Assembly (NCBI GenBank): GCA_951406725.2 | Contig: OX597828.1 | Location: forward strand, 7,874,001-7,938,000 | Length of the DNA: 64,000 bases | Source of the DNA: Octopus vulgaris | Lineage: Eukaryota | Direction: 5' to 3' | Shown here: one piece after another, positions 14,216 to 27,835 of the stretch | Numbering within the stretch: the first letter of the stretch is position 1 | Layout of the letters: each line of letters begins with the position of its first letter | Program-made: the position numbers and the translations under genes | Notes under the pieces: model-generated | The model's input: the letters and a program-made list of their open reading frames with translations, nothing else | The model's database searches: none | Told to the model about the DNA's origin: nothing

Positions 14216-14779
14216 CTGGGTTGTCCGGAAAGTTCGTGCCGATTTTTAAAGGAAAGAAAAAGGTCAATAAATACTTGCCATTACATTTTTAATTAACCAA
14301 ATATGAACCATTTTGTCACACAATGCGTCTTCATCTTTCCTTTAACTTGAAAATACCCTCTCCCCAGAATTGAGGTGGTTTCAAAGCAAAGAATTCATCA
14401 AGGTATCTTTTTACGTCAGCCAAAGAATTGAAGTTTTTACAATTAAGACTATTCTGCAGAGACCTGAATAAGCGAAATCCGAAGGAGCAATATCTGGTGA
14501 ATATGGAGGTTGGGATAACACATCCCAGCCGAGCTGCAGCAATTTTTGTCTGGTTCCCAAAGCATCAAATACCGAAAATAAACTTTCTTATCTTCCATTT
14601 TAAAGGGTTGCAGAATTAACACAGGTTATAGGAACATAAAACTTCTTCCACGAAAAGATTGCTTAAACTGTGCTCTAAATGGAGGTGTAGTCAAATCTTA
14701 TTTTATGGACTCCACCATTTTCTAAAATAAGTCGAAATTAAGCTACTATAAATCGACACGAACTTTCCGGACAACCCTA
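14216..14779 (-). mobile_element. Internally deleted mariner (Tc1/mariner) element inserted in a family-A SINE
   Basis: About 30-bp TIRs GGGTTGTCCGGAAAGTTCGTGCCGATTT / AAATCGACACGAACTTTCCGGACAACCC with TA flanks; minus strand QPPYSPDIAPSDF..LFRSLQNSL (mariner YSPDLAP motif) near 14450-14515. Confidence 0.9.
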
Positions 14780-17412
14780 TATTTTATGGACCTGAAAAAA
14801 GCGAAAGGCGTAGTTGACCTCGGTCGAGTATATGTATAATATTATAATGTTATAACATATGTGGATATATGTGAATAGACATAAATATTACAGAAGCAAT
14901 ATGGAAAGTATAACGTAATCCAATTAAATGATAACGTCAAATACAGATCAAACATAAAAGTATCAACCATTTAAAACAGGAAATATCAAAGAAAAATCAA
15001 TGGAAAACAGATCAGTTGCAAATATTTGTTTCCAACGTAAATCATAAAGCATAAAAGCATTGAGTAATTAGCATCATCATCACCATCATCATCCTCTAGA
15101 TTATTGTAAATTGCGTCGATCCATTTTGCAAAGGGATTCGTTTCGAGAAAATCTGGCCGCAATTTCTGAGAAATCACCCAAATTCTTGGAGGATCTGTTC
15201 TTACCTCAATCTATTTTGCTAACTCTTGATGTCTTCAGTGATTCGCTTTCTTGTCAGCTCAGGCTTCCTTGTCGTTTCATGTATTGGTTGGTAAAATAAC
15301 AAAATGAAACTTGCTGGATTCTCCCACCATACGTACACTGACACAACACTTACCGGGTTTTAAATTCTGCTACAATCTCATCTTGGGGACTGGTGCTATT
15401 ATTTATACTACGTGTCCTACATTTAAATATTTCCTGACTTTTGTTTTCATTTATTTTGTCTTATGAAAGTTTCATAACGTTTTTTTATAAATAAATAAAG
15501 AGGAGGCAAATAAAACGAAAGAAATATACTGATAGTACGGATGAATTAGAGTTAACATGAGAGTATAGAGGTGTTTGACATAGCTGGATAGACGAATAGG
15601 ATAATGGAATAACAGTAAAGAAAATGTGTAAAGTGGCTATCAATACATATGTGTGTAAAGTGTCAGTGTATACAGGTGAGCATGTTGTTTTGTGAATGTA
15701 ATAGTCTTTACGTATGTCTCGATCAGGTACTAAGCGTCAAATTTTCCTTGTGAGGTGACGAAACAGATAAATATCATAGGTGTTAAAAACAATCGTACGT
15801 TTGCTGCACAGTGCAGCTTTATTAGTTAAAATGTCTGGTGTGATGTGAGGTTAACACAGTTCATTGTAAAATACCAGGTCTTTTGTGGAAACATCTCTCT
15901 GGCGATATCTAACAATTTATTATTTCTTAGTGTCTCAATGATGTGTGTCATAGGTCACAGTCTACTTTTTCAAGGGGGATTTTGTCGTTATTTCTAGCAA
16001 GTCTAATCACCACATAAGCAAATATTTTCTAATCTTCAGGAAGTTGTCGTTTCGTTGGCACCATAACCGAGATAATGTGGATGTCTTTCTCTAGTTCTTC
16101 TGTTCATATTAATTTATTAAAGCTAAATAACAGACATTAGAGATTAGAAATAACGAGATAACACTCGAAAATAAATCACAAAAAGTTAACATACAAGAAA
16201 TACAAACTCACCAATATTTTCTTGTCCCACTACTGTCTCGCATTCCTAAATTCATTTATTCTCAGCATTCTTATACTTTATGCGCACAATGAAATTATAC
16301 ATACATACATACATATATATATATATATCAGTCATTCTTTTATGCGTATGTGTGTGTGTTTGGGGTGATTGTGAACTATATACAGATCGATATGGTTGTT
16401 GCTCGTTTTTTTTCTCGTAGTCTGTCTGGTTACTATAAATATATATTTTATGCAATCTCAGTATGTTTCTAGATCCGAATATATATACGCATTTGCCACG
16501 TTACAAGCTCATCGTTCGACCAGGAGGAAAATCTTTTACTTTCTTCTTCCCTTTCCTTTCATTGTTCCTGTTTGTTTATTTTATGCTTTTGCTTTTATTG
16601 CTCTTCTTTCTTTCTTTTTTTTTTTTTTACCTCTCGCCATATCTTTACTCAGCTAATTAATTAATGGAGACAATTTTTCCATCACATTTCAGAACGAAAA
16701 AAAAAAAAAGGAAATAAAAAGCAAAAAGACACTGCCAAAATCCATGTTGATGTTGACATTTTAATTAAGTACAAAACCAACCATATCGAATGCTATTAGA
16801 ATGAAGCAAAGAAAAACCTGGCGTTGACTGTTAGTTAGAAAGGCATTCTTCCATCTTGAATTTTTTCGTTCCTATTTTCTTTCGTATCTTTCAATGTGAA
16901 ATAGCAGATTTTTGGAAGTTATAAATAACAAAATGAATTACAAAAATATTAACTATAAAATCAGCAGAAGATAAGTTGGTTTTGTGTCGGTCAATTATTG
17001 GTGGTAGCAGCACTATCGATTAAATATCTGTTAATTTATCTAGAAACATATTTACTGCTATCCGCTTTCTCTGCTTCCACACCTCCACAATATCTTTCTG
17101 CTTCTTATACCACGAGACAGCAAAAGATTGTGAAAATCTTTTGCTTGACATCTTAGAAATAGCAACCGTTTCTTTTAAAAATCACATCGTACCGTTTTAG
17201 AAATTGATAGACACATAACATAATGTAGTCAGAATCAATGTAATACAGAAAAAGAAACAACAAAAACTGCTTTGTTGCGGTTGGAATGTATTTGACTATG
17301 CCTCGACTGTATCAATGATGAGTTGACTTAATCGATTGCAACCATCCCGTTAATTTGATATCTGATATTCTATTTCAGAAATCAATAGTCGTATTATTAA
17401 TTAGCAGACAGA

Positions 17413-18000
17413 AGGCGGTGAGCTGGCAGAAACGTTAGCACGCCGGGCAAAGTCGACCGCGGCGGAATTTGAACTCAGTCTGCCGCTACGTTCCGAGTTC
17501 AAATTCCGCCGAGGTCGACTTTGCCTTTCATCCTCTCGCGGTCGATTAAATAAGTACCAGTTACGCACTGGGGTAGATATAATCGACTTAATCCATTTGT
17601 CTGTCCTTGTTTGTCCTCTCTGTGTTTAGGCTCTTGTGGGTAGTAAAGAAATAGGTATTTCGTCTGCCGTTACATTGTGAATTCGAATTCCGCCGAGGTC
17701 GACTTTGCCTTTCATCCTTTCGGGGTCGATGAATTAAGTACCAGTTACGCACTTGGGTCGATGTAATCGACTTAATACCTATGTCTGTCCTTGTTTGTCC
17801 CCTCTATGTTTAGCCCCTTGTGGGTAATAAAGAAATAGGTATTTCGTCTGCCGCTACGTTCTGAGTTCAAACTTCACCGATGCCGACTTTGACTTTCATT
17901 CTCTCGGGTTCGATAAGATAAGTACAATTTGAGCAATGGTATTAATGTAATTGACTTACCAACTCCTCTGAAATTGCTGGTCTTGTGCCAGAATTTGAAG
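17413..18000 (+). mobile_element. SINE family A, multi-body tandem copy
   Basis: One tRNA-like head followed by three iterations of the B-box and core unit. Confidence 0.9.
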
Positions 18001-18019
18001 TTTTATTAATTAGGAAATA

Positions 18020-18230
18020 ATGACTGCCAGCAAGCAGAATCGTTAGCACACTTGATAGTTCCTCCAGGCATCAATTTCTGACTTCAAATTCTACCGAAAT
18101 CGACTTAACCTTTCATCCTGTCGGGATCAATAAAATAAGTTCCAGTTGAGCATAGGGATCGACTTCATCGACTAGGCTACTCCCTTAAATTATTTCAGGT
18201 CTCGTGTCAACAGTAGAAGGGATTATTACT
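18020..18230 (+). mobile_element. SINE family A, diverged
   Basis: CCTTTCATCCTGTCGGGATCAATAAAATAAGT core variant. Confidence 0.65.
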
Positions 18231-18458
18231 TAGAAGATGTTCTCGGCTTTCTCTAGTTTATTTACGCCTACATCATGGGGATTTTCTGAATCTTTGTTTT
18301 AATGACTCAAAGAGATGCAAAAAATCTTTAGTCGGCCCATAAATTACAATTGACACAGAATTGCAGCACACAAGCATCTCATGGTGAGCTTCAAAAGATC
18401 CAGTTATAAAATGAACACACATATAAGTGTTCTAAAGTCTCAAAGCCTGAAAAAATAG

Positions 18459-19130
18459 TGGAGGTGCGTGGCTCAGCAGCTGGGGTATTCGGCTCAGGAT
18501 CGTATTCACTCAGCTGGCAAAGATGAGTCGTATTCTCTCTCTTACTCTCTTTTACTCTCTTTTACTTGTTTCAGTCATTTGACTGAAGCCATGTTGAAGC
18601 ACCGCCTTTTAGTTGGGCAAATCGATCCCAGGACTTATTCTTTGTAAGCCTAGTACTTATTCTATCGGTCGCTTTTGCCGAACCGCTAAGTTACGGGGAG
18701 GTAAACACACTAGCATCGGTTGTCAAGCGATGTTGAGGGGACAAACGCAAACACACAAACACACATATATATATACATATACATATATATGACGGGCTTC
18801 TTTCAGTTTCCGTCTACCAAATCTATTCACAAGGCTTTGGTCGGCCCGAGGCTATAGTAGAAAACACTTGTTCAAGGTACCACGCAGTGGGACTGGACCC
18901 GTAGCCATGTAGTTGGTAAGGAAGCTACTTACCACACAGCCACTCCTGCGCCTATGTATTTTAAAGGAGCAGCTTTGTCACATTTTGTTTCACATTGATT
19001 GTCCCTGAGAACTACGTTAAAGGTACGCGTGTCTCTGGAGTACTCAGCCACTTGCACGTTAATTTTCAAGCTAGCTTTTCTGCTGATGGGATTAATTCGA
19101 ACCCTCGTCCTCGTAATGGACGGAGTGTCT
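18459..19130 (+). mobile_element. SINE family C interrupted by a family-B copy
   Basis: Head at 18459-18530 and tail at 18955-19130 match 3605-3925. Confidence 0.75.
18535..18953 (-). mobile_element. SINE family B, full length, nested
   Basis: Aligns to 13003-13415. Confidence 0.9.
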
Positions 19131-19230
19131 GTAGCCTAAAAAATACTTGAAATTATATATCACTATGCAACTTTTCAGTGAGCTAGGTGCATAAATTTGG
19201 CCCAATATTACTAATATATATATATATATA

Positions 19231-19352
19231 TACTTCTTGCTTCAAGGGGCTGGAGTCATCCCAGGTTAGTGGCCCCTACAGACATCATGCCTTGACCGAC
19301 CAGGTTCACCAGTGTTTTCCATCGCTGGTAGTCTCGTGCTAGCCCCGCTGCA
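19231..19352 (-). mobile_element. RTE-like LINE extreme 3' fragment
   Basis: Minus strand AGLARDYQRWKTLVNLVGQG resembles the RTE AxDRxxWRxLV motif. Confidence 0.5.
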
Positions 19353-19664
19353 TGCACATATACATACATTAATGCATATATGCATGTATGTATATATATG
19401 CACATATACGTACATGTATGCATACACACACATACAAATGCAAACCCAGATATCTATAGCCGAGGAAGCATAACAACGCAGAAACAGGTTTATCATAGAG
19501 TGGTGTTATCATTCGAAGTTTAGCTCGGTGTGGTTTCAAGATCATTGTCTATTAGGATATTTTTCTCTCTCTCGCGACAGTAACTGTAGCAAAGATCCTT
19601 CCACGTTCAAATGTTCACGAATGCGTAAAATATAAACATACACAGGTTTATTTTATCAACCTTC

Positions 19665-20071
19665 CTTTTACTCTTTACTCTTTTACTTGTTTCAGTCATT
19701 TGACTGCGGCCATGCTAGAGCACCACCTTTAGTCGAGCAAATCGATCCCAGGACTTATTCTTTGTAAACCTAGTACATATTCTATCAGTGTATTTTGCCT
19801 AACCGCTAAGTCACGGGGACGTAAACACACCAGCATCGGTTGTCAAGCGATGTTGGGGGGACAAACAAAGACACACAAACACATATGCACACACATACAC
19901 ATATATACATATATACGACGGTCTTCTTTCAGTTTCTGTCTACCAAATCCTCTCACAAGACTTTGGTCGGCCCGAGGCTATAGTAGAAGATACTTGCCCA
20001 AGATGCCACGCAGTGGGACTGAATCCGGAACCATGTGGTTGGTAAGCAAGCTACTTACCACACAGCCACTC
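19665..20071 (-). mobile_element. SINE family B
   Basis: Aligns to 13003-13415. Confidence 0.9.
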
Positions 20072-20196
20072 GACAATTCCGCCTTGGTTTAAATAATACC
20101 AGCCACACCTAGTTTTGTTCCTATCAAAAAGTTTATTGTTTGCTGTTTACATTTAATAACACCTTTTCTTACTAGGCTATGCACCATGGTCTCTAT

Positions 20197-20245
20197 AACC
20201 GTAGCTGACGAAGCGTCACAACGCCAAAAGACGTATCCTGCAGTT
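20197..20245 (+). ncRNA. Degenerate type I hammerhead ribozyme relic
   Basis: AACCGTAG / CTGACGA-A / GCGT-CACA-ACGC / C-AAAA (expected GAAA) / GACGTA-TC / CTGCAGTT; stems I and II pair. Confidence 0.55.
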
Positions 20246-21265
20246 TGATGACGAATTTTATGGCGCAACTCAAAGTCTTTTCACAAACTTTGTCTATAGA
20301 GTGAGTTTCCTTCTCAGTCAGAGCAGAAAAGGTTTTTCTATATTCGAAGGTACATAACATGTTAAGTATAAAGCACGCAGGTTTGTCTTAATCATTGCTG
20401 TTTTGTGCGCGTTTAAATAATACATACAAGGTGTACACTCATTCACTTCAGTGCTGTATTTCGTTTGTCATGCTGTGTTCTATGCTTACTATTAAACTGT
20501 TTTGTTTAACTGTTTTTTTACTTATATCGGAATTCATTTTATAAATATTTAAACACGTATTTTATTAGCTTTTATTTTTATTTTCCTTCCTTTTACAGTA
20601 ATTTGGTTTTAATTCTAACATATTCCTTATTGCACCTCATCCATAACAGACTAGAGATTTTCTCAGCACAAGGCAAATTTGTCTAACTTTCGATAACCTT
20701 AATGCAACAAGACGACCATTTGTGGATCTCGATAAAGCACATTTGAGATAAGAACGAAACACTGTGAAACTGACCTACGTATCTGCTCCTTCAATTAAAA
20801 CTGTTTTATGACTAACTTGACCTTATTTTTCTGAATATTTGATCATGCCTACTTTTCTATTAAACATTAACATAATTGGTAAGGGAAACAAACTCAAATA
20901 TGCAACACGTTTCCTATTCCATTATAGTGTCATACACGATCTGCGTTCTCTTTCCTCCTAAAAACATTATTAAATGATCCAACATGAAAGAGGCATATTG
21001 TTTTTAACCCTCTTTATATTTCATAAGAAATGATTTCCTATTTTTTCTCCCTCTTACATTGCGCAGTTCTCTTTAATTTTTTTTTATTTTGTATGTGTTT
21101 TGTTCTCATTCTTCTTTCTTGCATTTATGTTTGTGAAATAGTAGACTTTGAAATTATAATCTATTCAAAAGCCACTTTTTCGGTAGAAATATTAACATCA
21201 CAAAAGATATGGAGGAGTGCTTTGAGTGTAATATCAGGTAATGTTTTAATTACACGCACGCACAG

Positions 21266-21313
<48 letters not shown>

Positions 21314-21941
21314 ACACACACATACATGTATAAGCCATTATTTTTTCACAAAGTATAAATGTATATGGTCGATTAAATGAATTGAGTTCTGTTAAACTAC
21401 AAGTAGTGATTATGTTTGCGACTTCACCCGTGATTGAACGGAAGCCGGTGTAATTGTTGGTGATTATTTTATGAGGTAAATTCAGCGTCAAAACTGAATC
21501 GTAAGATCTCTTCCCTCATAAGAATTGAACTCGGCAAATTAGATACTTTAAAATATCCAGTGAAGCTTCATTCAGTTTGTGCCAACTTCATCAGTTTTAC
21601 TGAAACATATTGAGTACTTGTGACTAAACTGAAGACAAATTGTCGTGTTTGGGGAGTACTGCCAATTTAATTGACACCATTTTATTACAGGGTAAATTTT
21701 GTGTTTATTCTAAACAAGATTTTAAAAAATACACAATGATTTCTACATTTAAATTCGAACATAGAACAACGTGCTAATGAGCTAGTTAGAAAGAAATCTC
21801 TAATGGGCTAATAATGTTTTGGCAAATTCACTGCTGTCTTCTGTATGGAAATATCGATAACGTAGATAAATGATGAAGGTTTGGCAGGCAAAGAATACGC
21901 GTATAAAAGATTGTTTCGAAAACAAAATCCAATTAATCTAT

Positions 21942-22133
21942 CTTTTACTTGTTTCAGTTATTTGACTGCGGCCGTGATGTGACACTGTCATGAAGGGGGC
22001 TTTTAGTGGAACATATCGGCTGCAGGGCTTATTTATTTCACGCCTAATATTTATTCTGTCGGTTACTTTGCCGAGGACGTAAACACATCAACATCGGTTG
22101 TCAAGAGGTGGTGAGGGAACAAACATAGATACG

Positions 22134-22185
<52 letters not shown>

Positions 22186-22300
22186 TATATACAGTGAGCT
22201 TCTTACAGTTTCCGTCTACCAGACTTTGATGAGCCCGAGGCTATAGTAGAAGTATATGACTGGGAAGCAAGCTTCTTTGCACACAGCAACGTTTGCGCCT
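21942..22300 (-). mobile_element. SINE family B, diverged and internally deleted
   Basis: Tail, internal (CA)n and partial head are recognisable. Confidence 0.75.
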
Positions 22301-22739
22301 ATGCTGAAAGTTTTGGAGAACTGCATCGAAGCACTTTTCAGATAAAAATAATAAGGAATGAAATTTGTACGATGCAAATTTAGAATAAACAATTTATTTG
22401 ATGCAGTACGGAATTTTGTCAGTGACCGGGTCCCGGTCTCAAAGCGACGAAAATATTTTGACAAATTAAATTTAAATGTTGAAGTGAATCTAACGGATTT
22501 TGTGAGTTTCTTAAATAGCTTATAAACACCTTCCACGCTACAATTGTTTTCGTTCCAGCACACGATCTCAGATCAGGTCACTTGCTATGCAAGTACATCT
22601 CCGTAATTTATTTAATTTACCCTGAAAAATAATTATCTACAGAACTGGTATTTCTTTAGAAAACACCATATTCGTAGTTGGAGTAAATTGATCGCAGAAA
22701 ATCTTTCGAATTTCGGTCATTATTACATTTGTAACATTA

Positions 22740-24330
22740 CTTGGATGTGCATGTTGGCACACGAAGGAACGAAAACAGTTGTATGGGCCTGGTGTGAGAA
22801 GGTGCAGCTAGACAAGAGAATTATAATATAATCTATGAAGAGCCGCAGTCCTCCCAAGTTCTCTGATGCCAAACAAATGTGTGCTGTTTCTCAAACAGTT
22901 CTTGGTGAGTAGCAAACTGGCAATGGTGTGCTGTAATACATACACCGAAAACTTGCCGCGGATTTTGGGCAGGAATGCTGAGTGCTGTGAAAGTTATCCC
23001 TGGTAGAGGTATCATGTTTACGCCCCTTCAATGATGTACTATCGCCTGGCTGACATGCAGAGTTCCAAGGCAATTTTGATAAGATTGGAGCGCACATTCG
23101 CTTCTTATAGAAAACATGCTCTTATGGAAGGCACAAATTTCACAGGTTAGAATATTTATCTGCTGTTAACATCCTTTCCGCAGTGATCTCGAAATACCGT
23201 TGTTCATGATGTACAGGTGAGCATTGAGGTTAATCCGCACGAAAAACATTCTTAACCAATTACGATGAAACCGAATGGTGACTGGTGTGAAAGTCTTTTA
23301 CTCAGCATTTCTTACTGCAGATCCTTCTTGGATCAATTTCCAATCATGATTCAAGAGTACACGGAGGTAGTGCATCTGGTATCTATAATGTGTTCAAACT
23401 CAAAGAGCTGCCTAGTAGCTTCATAACACCGCAGAAGAAAACAAAACAAATAACATTGTTTATGGGAGTTAGTGATGGGTATTTGCAATGATGACACGAG
23501 AACGAATATGAGCGTCGCTGAAAGGAGTTTGAACTGTCATATCTAAAGTATTTTCAAACTAAGGACAATGGACAACTTTCGAAAGTCACTGCAACAGAAT
23601 GCAACATTCTTGTTCGAGATGAACTGGACGGTCACAGATGTACTCAATAGCCAAACTTGTCCAAGATGCATACAGGGAGATGAAAACGTCCAGCACCTCA
23701 TCGTCCAATCTCCGTGTACTACCGATTGTGGGATTTTGTCGAACAGCTTCTATCCTGTGTAAGCTTTCAACGAAATTACGGTGAAAATTAGCAAGGAAGG
23801 GTGTCTGGATTTTGTTTGCCTGGTGGCATTCACCAAACAAGTATAATGCACAGGCCTGAAAGTTCTGAAGACCGGCATTTGATCACGCTCTTAACGACTA
23901 CATCGATTACCATATGGAGAGGAGGGTAGGTGTAGAGAGAGAGGGGGGTAATGAGTTCCTCTGTGTTCTATGAAAAGCGGAAAGAATGAAAAAATTGGCA
24001 TGGTTGAACGAGTTTACTCTGAGTATGCTTTTCAAATTGGCAGAGAAACGTTTGACATTTAGGTTACGGCAGTGCAAAACTTGCCTTGTGTACGGTTTCC
24101 TCCGATTTGCCCACGGTGGTCTTCCACGCCTAATCAGGAATTTTTGTTCTTGAAATTAGTTTTTGTTGTTCTTTCATTTTTTTTTTTATTGCCATTTATT
24201 TTATTTTTCTTGACTTTTCTTACTCGATGTGAACACCATTTTGTATTTCGATTATATTTCACCCCTGTTTTGTCCGCCCTGTGTTGGTCCTTTGTGTCCA
24301 GTAAAAAAACCATCATCATCATCATCATCC
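22740..24330 (+). mobile_element. Highly decayed L1/Tx1-like LINE, 3' part
   Basis: TCPRCIQGDENVQHLIVQSP matches the L1 C-terminal Cx2Cx4ETxxHx4C knuckle; many stops and frameshifts; T-rich 3' UTR ending in a (CAT)n tract. Confidence 0.6.
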
Positions 24331-25899
24331 TTCTGTGTGTTTTGTTTTTGTTTTTTCTTCATCCATTTCCTGCTTCTTCAAGCCTTGCTTCCTCATCCTG
24401 CTTCCACCGATCACTGGCAATCTTGCCTTCTGTTTAACCTACGCCCGTCCCTCTTACACATCCCACACACCACAGATTCCTTTTTTATCAACACAATATC
24501 AACGTTGATTGCAGTACAAGTGTCTCTCCCCTTCTCTCTCTCTCTCACTCTCTCTCTCTCTTTCCAACCCTCTCTCATTTTTCTTTCTTCCGTTACTTTT
24601 TCTTTACTTAAAGACGAATTGCATCAAATCTGAACATACATGAACATGGATGCACGCATACTAGCACACATATACACAACACAGAGAGAAACATTTATAC
24701 ATACACTCACTCACTTTCTCACCTACCCACATACGAGAATTTCTTTGCATTGTGTATGTCGATGCTGCGTGCCTGTTTAGTGTATACGAGTGTGCGGGCC
24801 TATATTAGCGTGTATGCGCGCGCGTGTGTATACATATATATGTCTGTATGCATGTATATATATATATATATATATATATATGAATGATGCTTAAATTTTT
24901 GTTATATTCTTTTGTATTCTTAATCCGATTTCCTAACATTTTCATATCGATTTAATCCAAAGTATAAAGGCAAGTGTCTTTAATGACATCCTGTTGACGA
25001 TCCTGCTAAAGCGATAGACTAATTAATAGTCTAGTCGTATTCAAAGCATGACGTTATGGCGGGAAATAACGGAAATGGGGCGGGAAGATGCAACCGCCAT
25101 CAATCATAAATCCTCACAGAAAGCAAAAGAAAGACAACAAAATCCCCAAATACTCCAGCTAATGCTTTTGTTTTTCTTCCTTGATATTTTCTTTGTCTGT
25201 TATTTTTCTTGTATTTTCTTTTCTACTTAATTCCGTTTTCTCTCTATTTATTACATTATTATATATTCATTTTTATTTCATTTTTACTACTTACTAATCA
25301 ACTAACACTTGATGGGTTATCTTTCTCTGGCGATATTATTTTATAATTAATTTACAAAAGATGGTGGAGTGGTAGAAACCCTAGAGCTCAATGGAAAAGA
25401 AATACTTTGTAGCATTTAGTTATGGGTCTTTACGTTCTGAGTACAAATCTAAACGGGTTACCTTTTCATTCTTTCTGTTTATGAGTTTGTTTATCTTTAC
25501 TTGCTTAAATGGCTTAGAAGGAGGAGGAAGGGCAGCGATTATGATGCTTCTGAGGGCCTTCAAATGTGGTGTGAGGAAGGGAGGAAATTATCCTCAGACT
25601 GGGCATGTGATTTAAATACTTACAACAGAGTCAGTGTACTCAGCTGAAAGCACACAAGGGACAGATGGTGATGTTACACCGGACGAATGATAAAGTGTGC
25701 AGGCAAACTTGAATCTCTCTAGAGACGACAGAATAAATACTAAACATTTACTGGAACCGGTTTAATGCAATAATATCTTTACCTGCAAATTTGTGGTCTT
25801 GTATCTTTGTCTAATGTATCTAAACCTGATTCATTCAATTATAAGCTAGGTTTTTCAAAGAATATATTTGTATTTTTCACATGTACCTGTTAATCTATA

Positions 25900-26095
25900 T
25901 TGATTTCAAGTTTTGGCACACGACCAATAATTGTAGGGGAGAGGATAAGTCGAGTAAATCGGCCCCAGTGCTCAATTGGTACTTATTTTATCGTCCCCGA
26001 AAGGATGAAAAGTCGATCTCTGCAAAATTTGAACGTAAAGAAATACCGCTAAGCATTTTGGTCGGCGTGCTAACGTTTCTGCCAGTTCACCGTCT
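25900..26095 (-). mobile_element. SINE family A, diverged
   Basis: Core and head are recognisable. Confidence 0.7.
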
Positions 26096-26654
26096 AAGCG
26101 CCTCTTAATCTATATTAATATGACAAGCTTTTATTAATTTTTATTAACTTTATAAGGCTTTACGTTTAGTAAAAGAACAACTCTCATAATGTATAACAAA
26201 TCTAAATATGTATGGATACTCGTAGAATTACGCAGGTTGGAAAAGTTATCTTGGAATAGAGAGTGTTTTTATTGTCCTTCAAGACCGTTAGAAAGTATAT
26301 TTGATGGAACACATTTTCAACAGGAGACTAAAATTACTGAAAGGAACAAAATTTTCGCATGAACTAGTCGTTAAGAATTTTAAAGTTCTTAACTCGTTAT
26401 TCGCCTTTCGTATGGAGCTCAACTGTTTTAACTACCTGGCATGGGATATAAGCGTTTGGAACTTGGTAATAATTAAGTGGATCATGGTAGAATCTCTAAC
26501 ATGCCAAAGAGTGATTCTTTGTTATCAGTAGTGATAAAAATGGGCTAAAATTGTGTTGCTGTAAAAATTGATGATTTTGAACGACCTGTGCTGAGTGGAA
26601 CAGTCTTATTTGAGGAAAAAGAAAGAAAACTAAACCAGCAGAAGTGAGCACGAC

Positions 26655-26992
<338 letters not shown>

Positions 26993-27439
26993 AACAAATT
27001 ATGATATGTTTGCCATATTCTTTTTAATTCAACAGCGAAGTCAGTATGATTCGTTGTCGTTTCATCCTGTTTGTGCAGGATGAAAGATGTTATCACGTCA
27101 ATTATTAATATGCTGTTACCATTTTTGTCAAAAAACACACTTGTTATTTGCTATCTGGAAAGCTTTCTTTGTGCTAAAATTCTAACATAATGAATTTGTA
27201 AGAGAGAGAGAGAAGCCCTTCTAAAGATCACAGAACATTTTCTCGGAAGAGCTGAAACAAGATGACCAGGCTTGATATACGACCGCTTCAGTATATTCTG
27301 TTTCGCAGAGTGCCTATGTTGGACCTCAACATTTTTTAACAGTGTTTCTTCCTCTACTGATTAGTGTTACTGATTAGTGTTACTAATATTTCCTCTACTG
27401 ATTAGTGTTACTAATACTTACAGATGATATGCAATTACG

Positions 27440-27835
27440 GTATAATGTGTAAATATTTGATGGGCATGCTGTACAAGTAATACACGGGTACTTTGAAAAT
27501 ATCGTACAGTGATGACTCGAGTACTTTGAAAATATCGCACGGAGTGATGACCGTGCCCGGCATTGCTGTGGGCTGCCCTTTGGCAAGGCAAAAACCTTGT
27601 TCAGCCACCTTGTCAGGGATACGGTGAAGTCGTGGGACTGCAGCATGGCGGATTTTCAAGACGCGGCGGAGGAGCTCAACTGCACCAATGGTGCTTCGTA
27701 CATTGATGCTGAGCGGAGGAATCCTAGAAGATCGATGGTTAGAATCACCAAGCTTTATCAAGAGAGCAACTGCAACCCATCGATAGGGGTGGAGTCCATG
27801 ATTGTGAATCAGCTAATGAAAGATTCACTATGACT
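27440..27835 (+). pseudogene. Possible LTR-retrotransposon gag-like relic
   Basis: GC-richer block reading IFDGHAVQ..*LEYFENIARSDDRARHCCGLPFGKAKTLFSHLV..SWDCSMADF, similar to the Gypsy gag FDG..WLxxFE..LxGxA pattern; contains a short tandem duplication. Confidence 0.35.

Noticed and set aside
15100-15310. Possible minus-strand exon ending GAG/GTAAGA
   Set aside because: All three frames upstream of the donor-like site contain stops
22310-22610. Possible DNA-transposon terminal fragment
   Set aside because: Only one end is visible and there is no second copy in the window to confirm it
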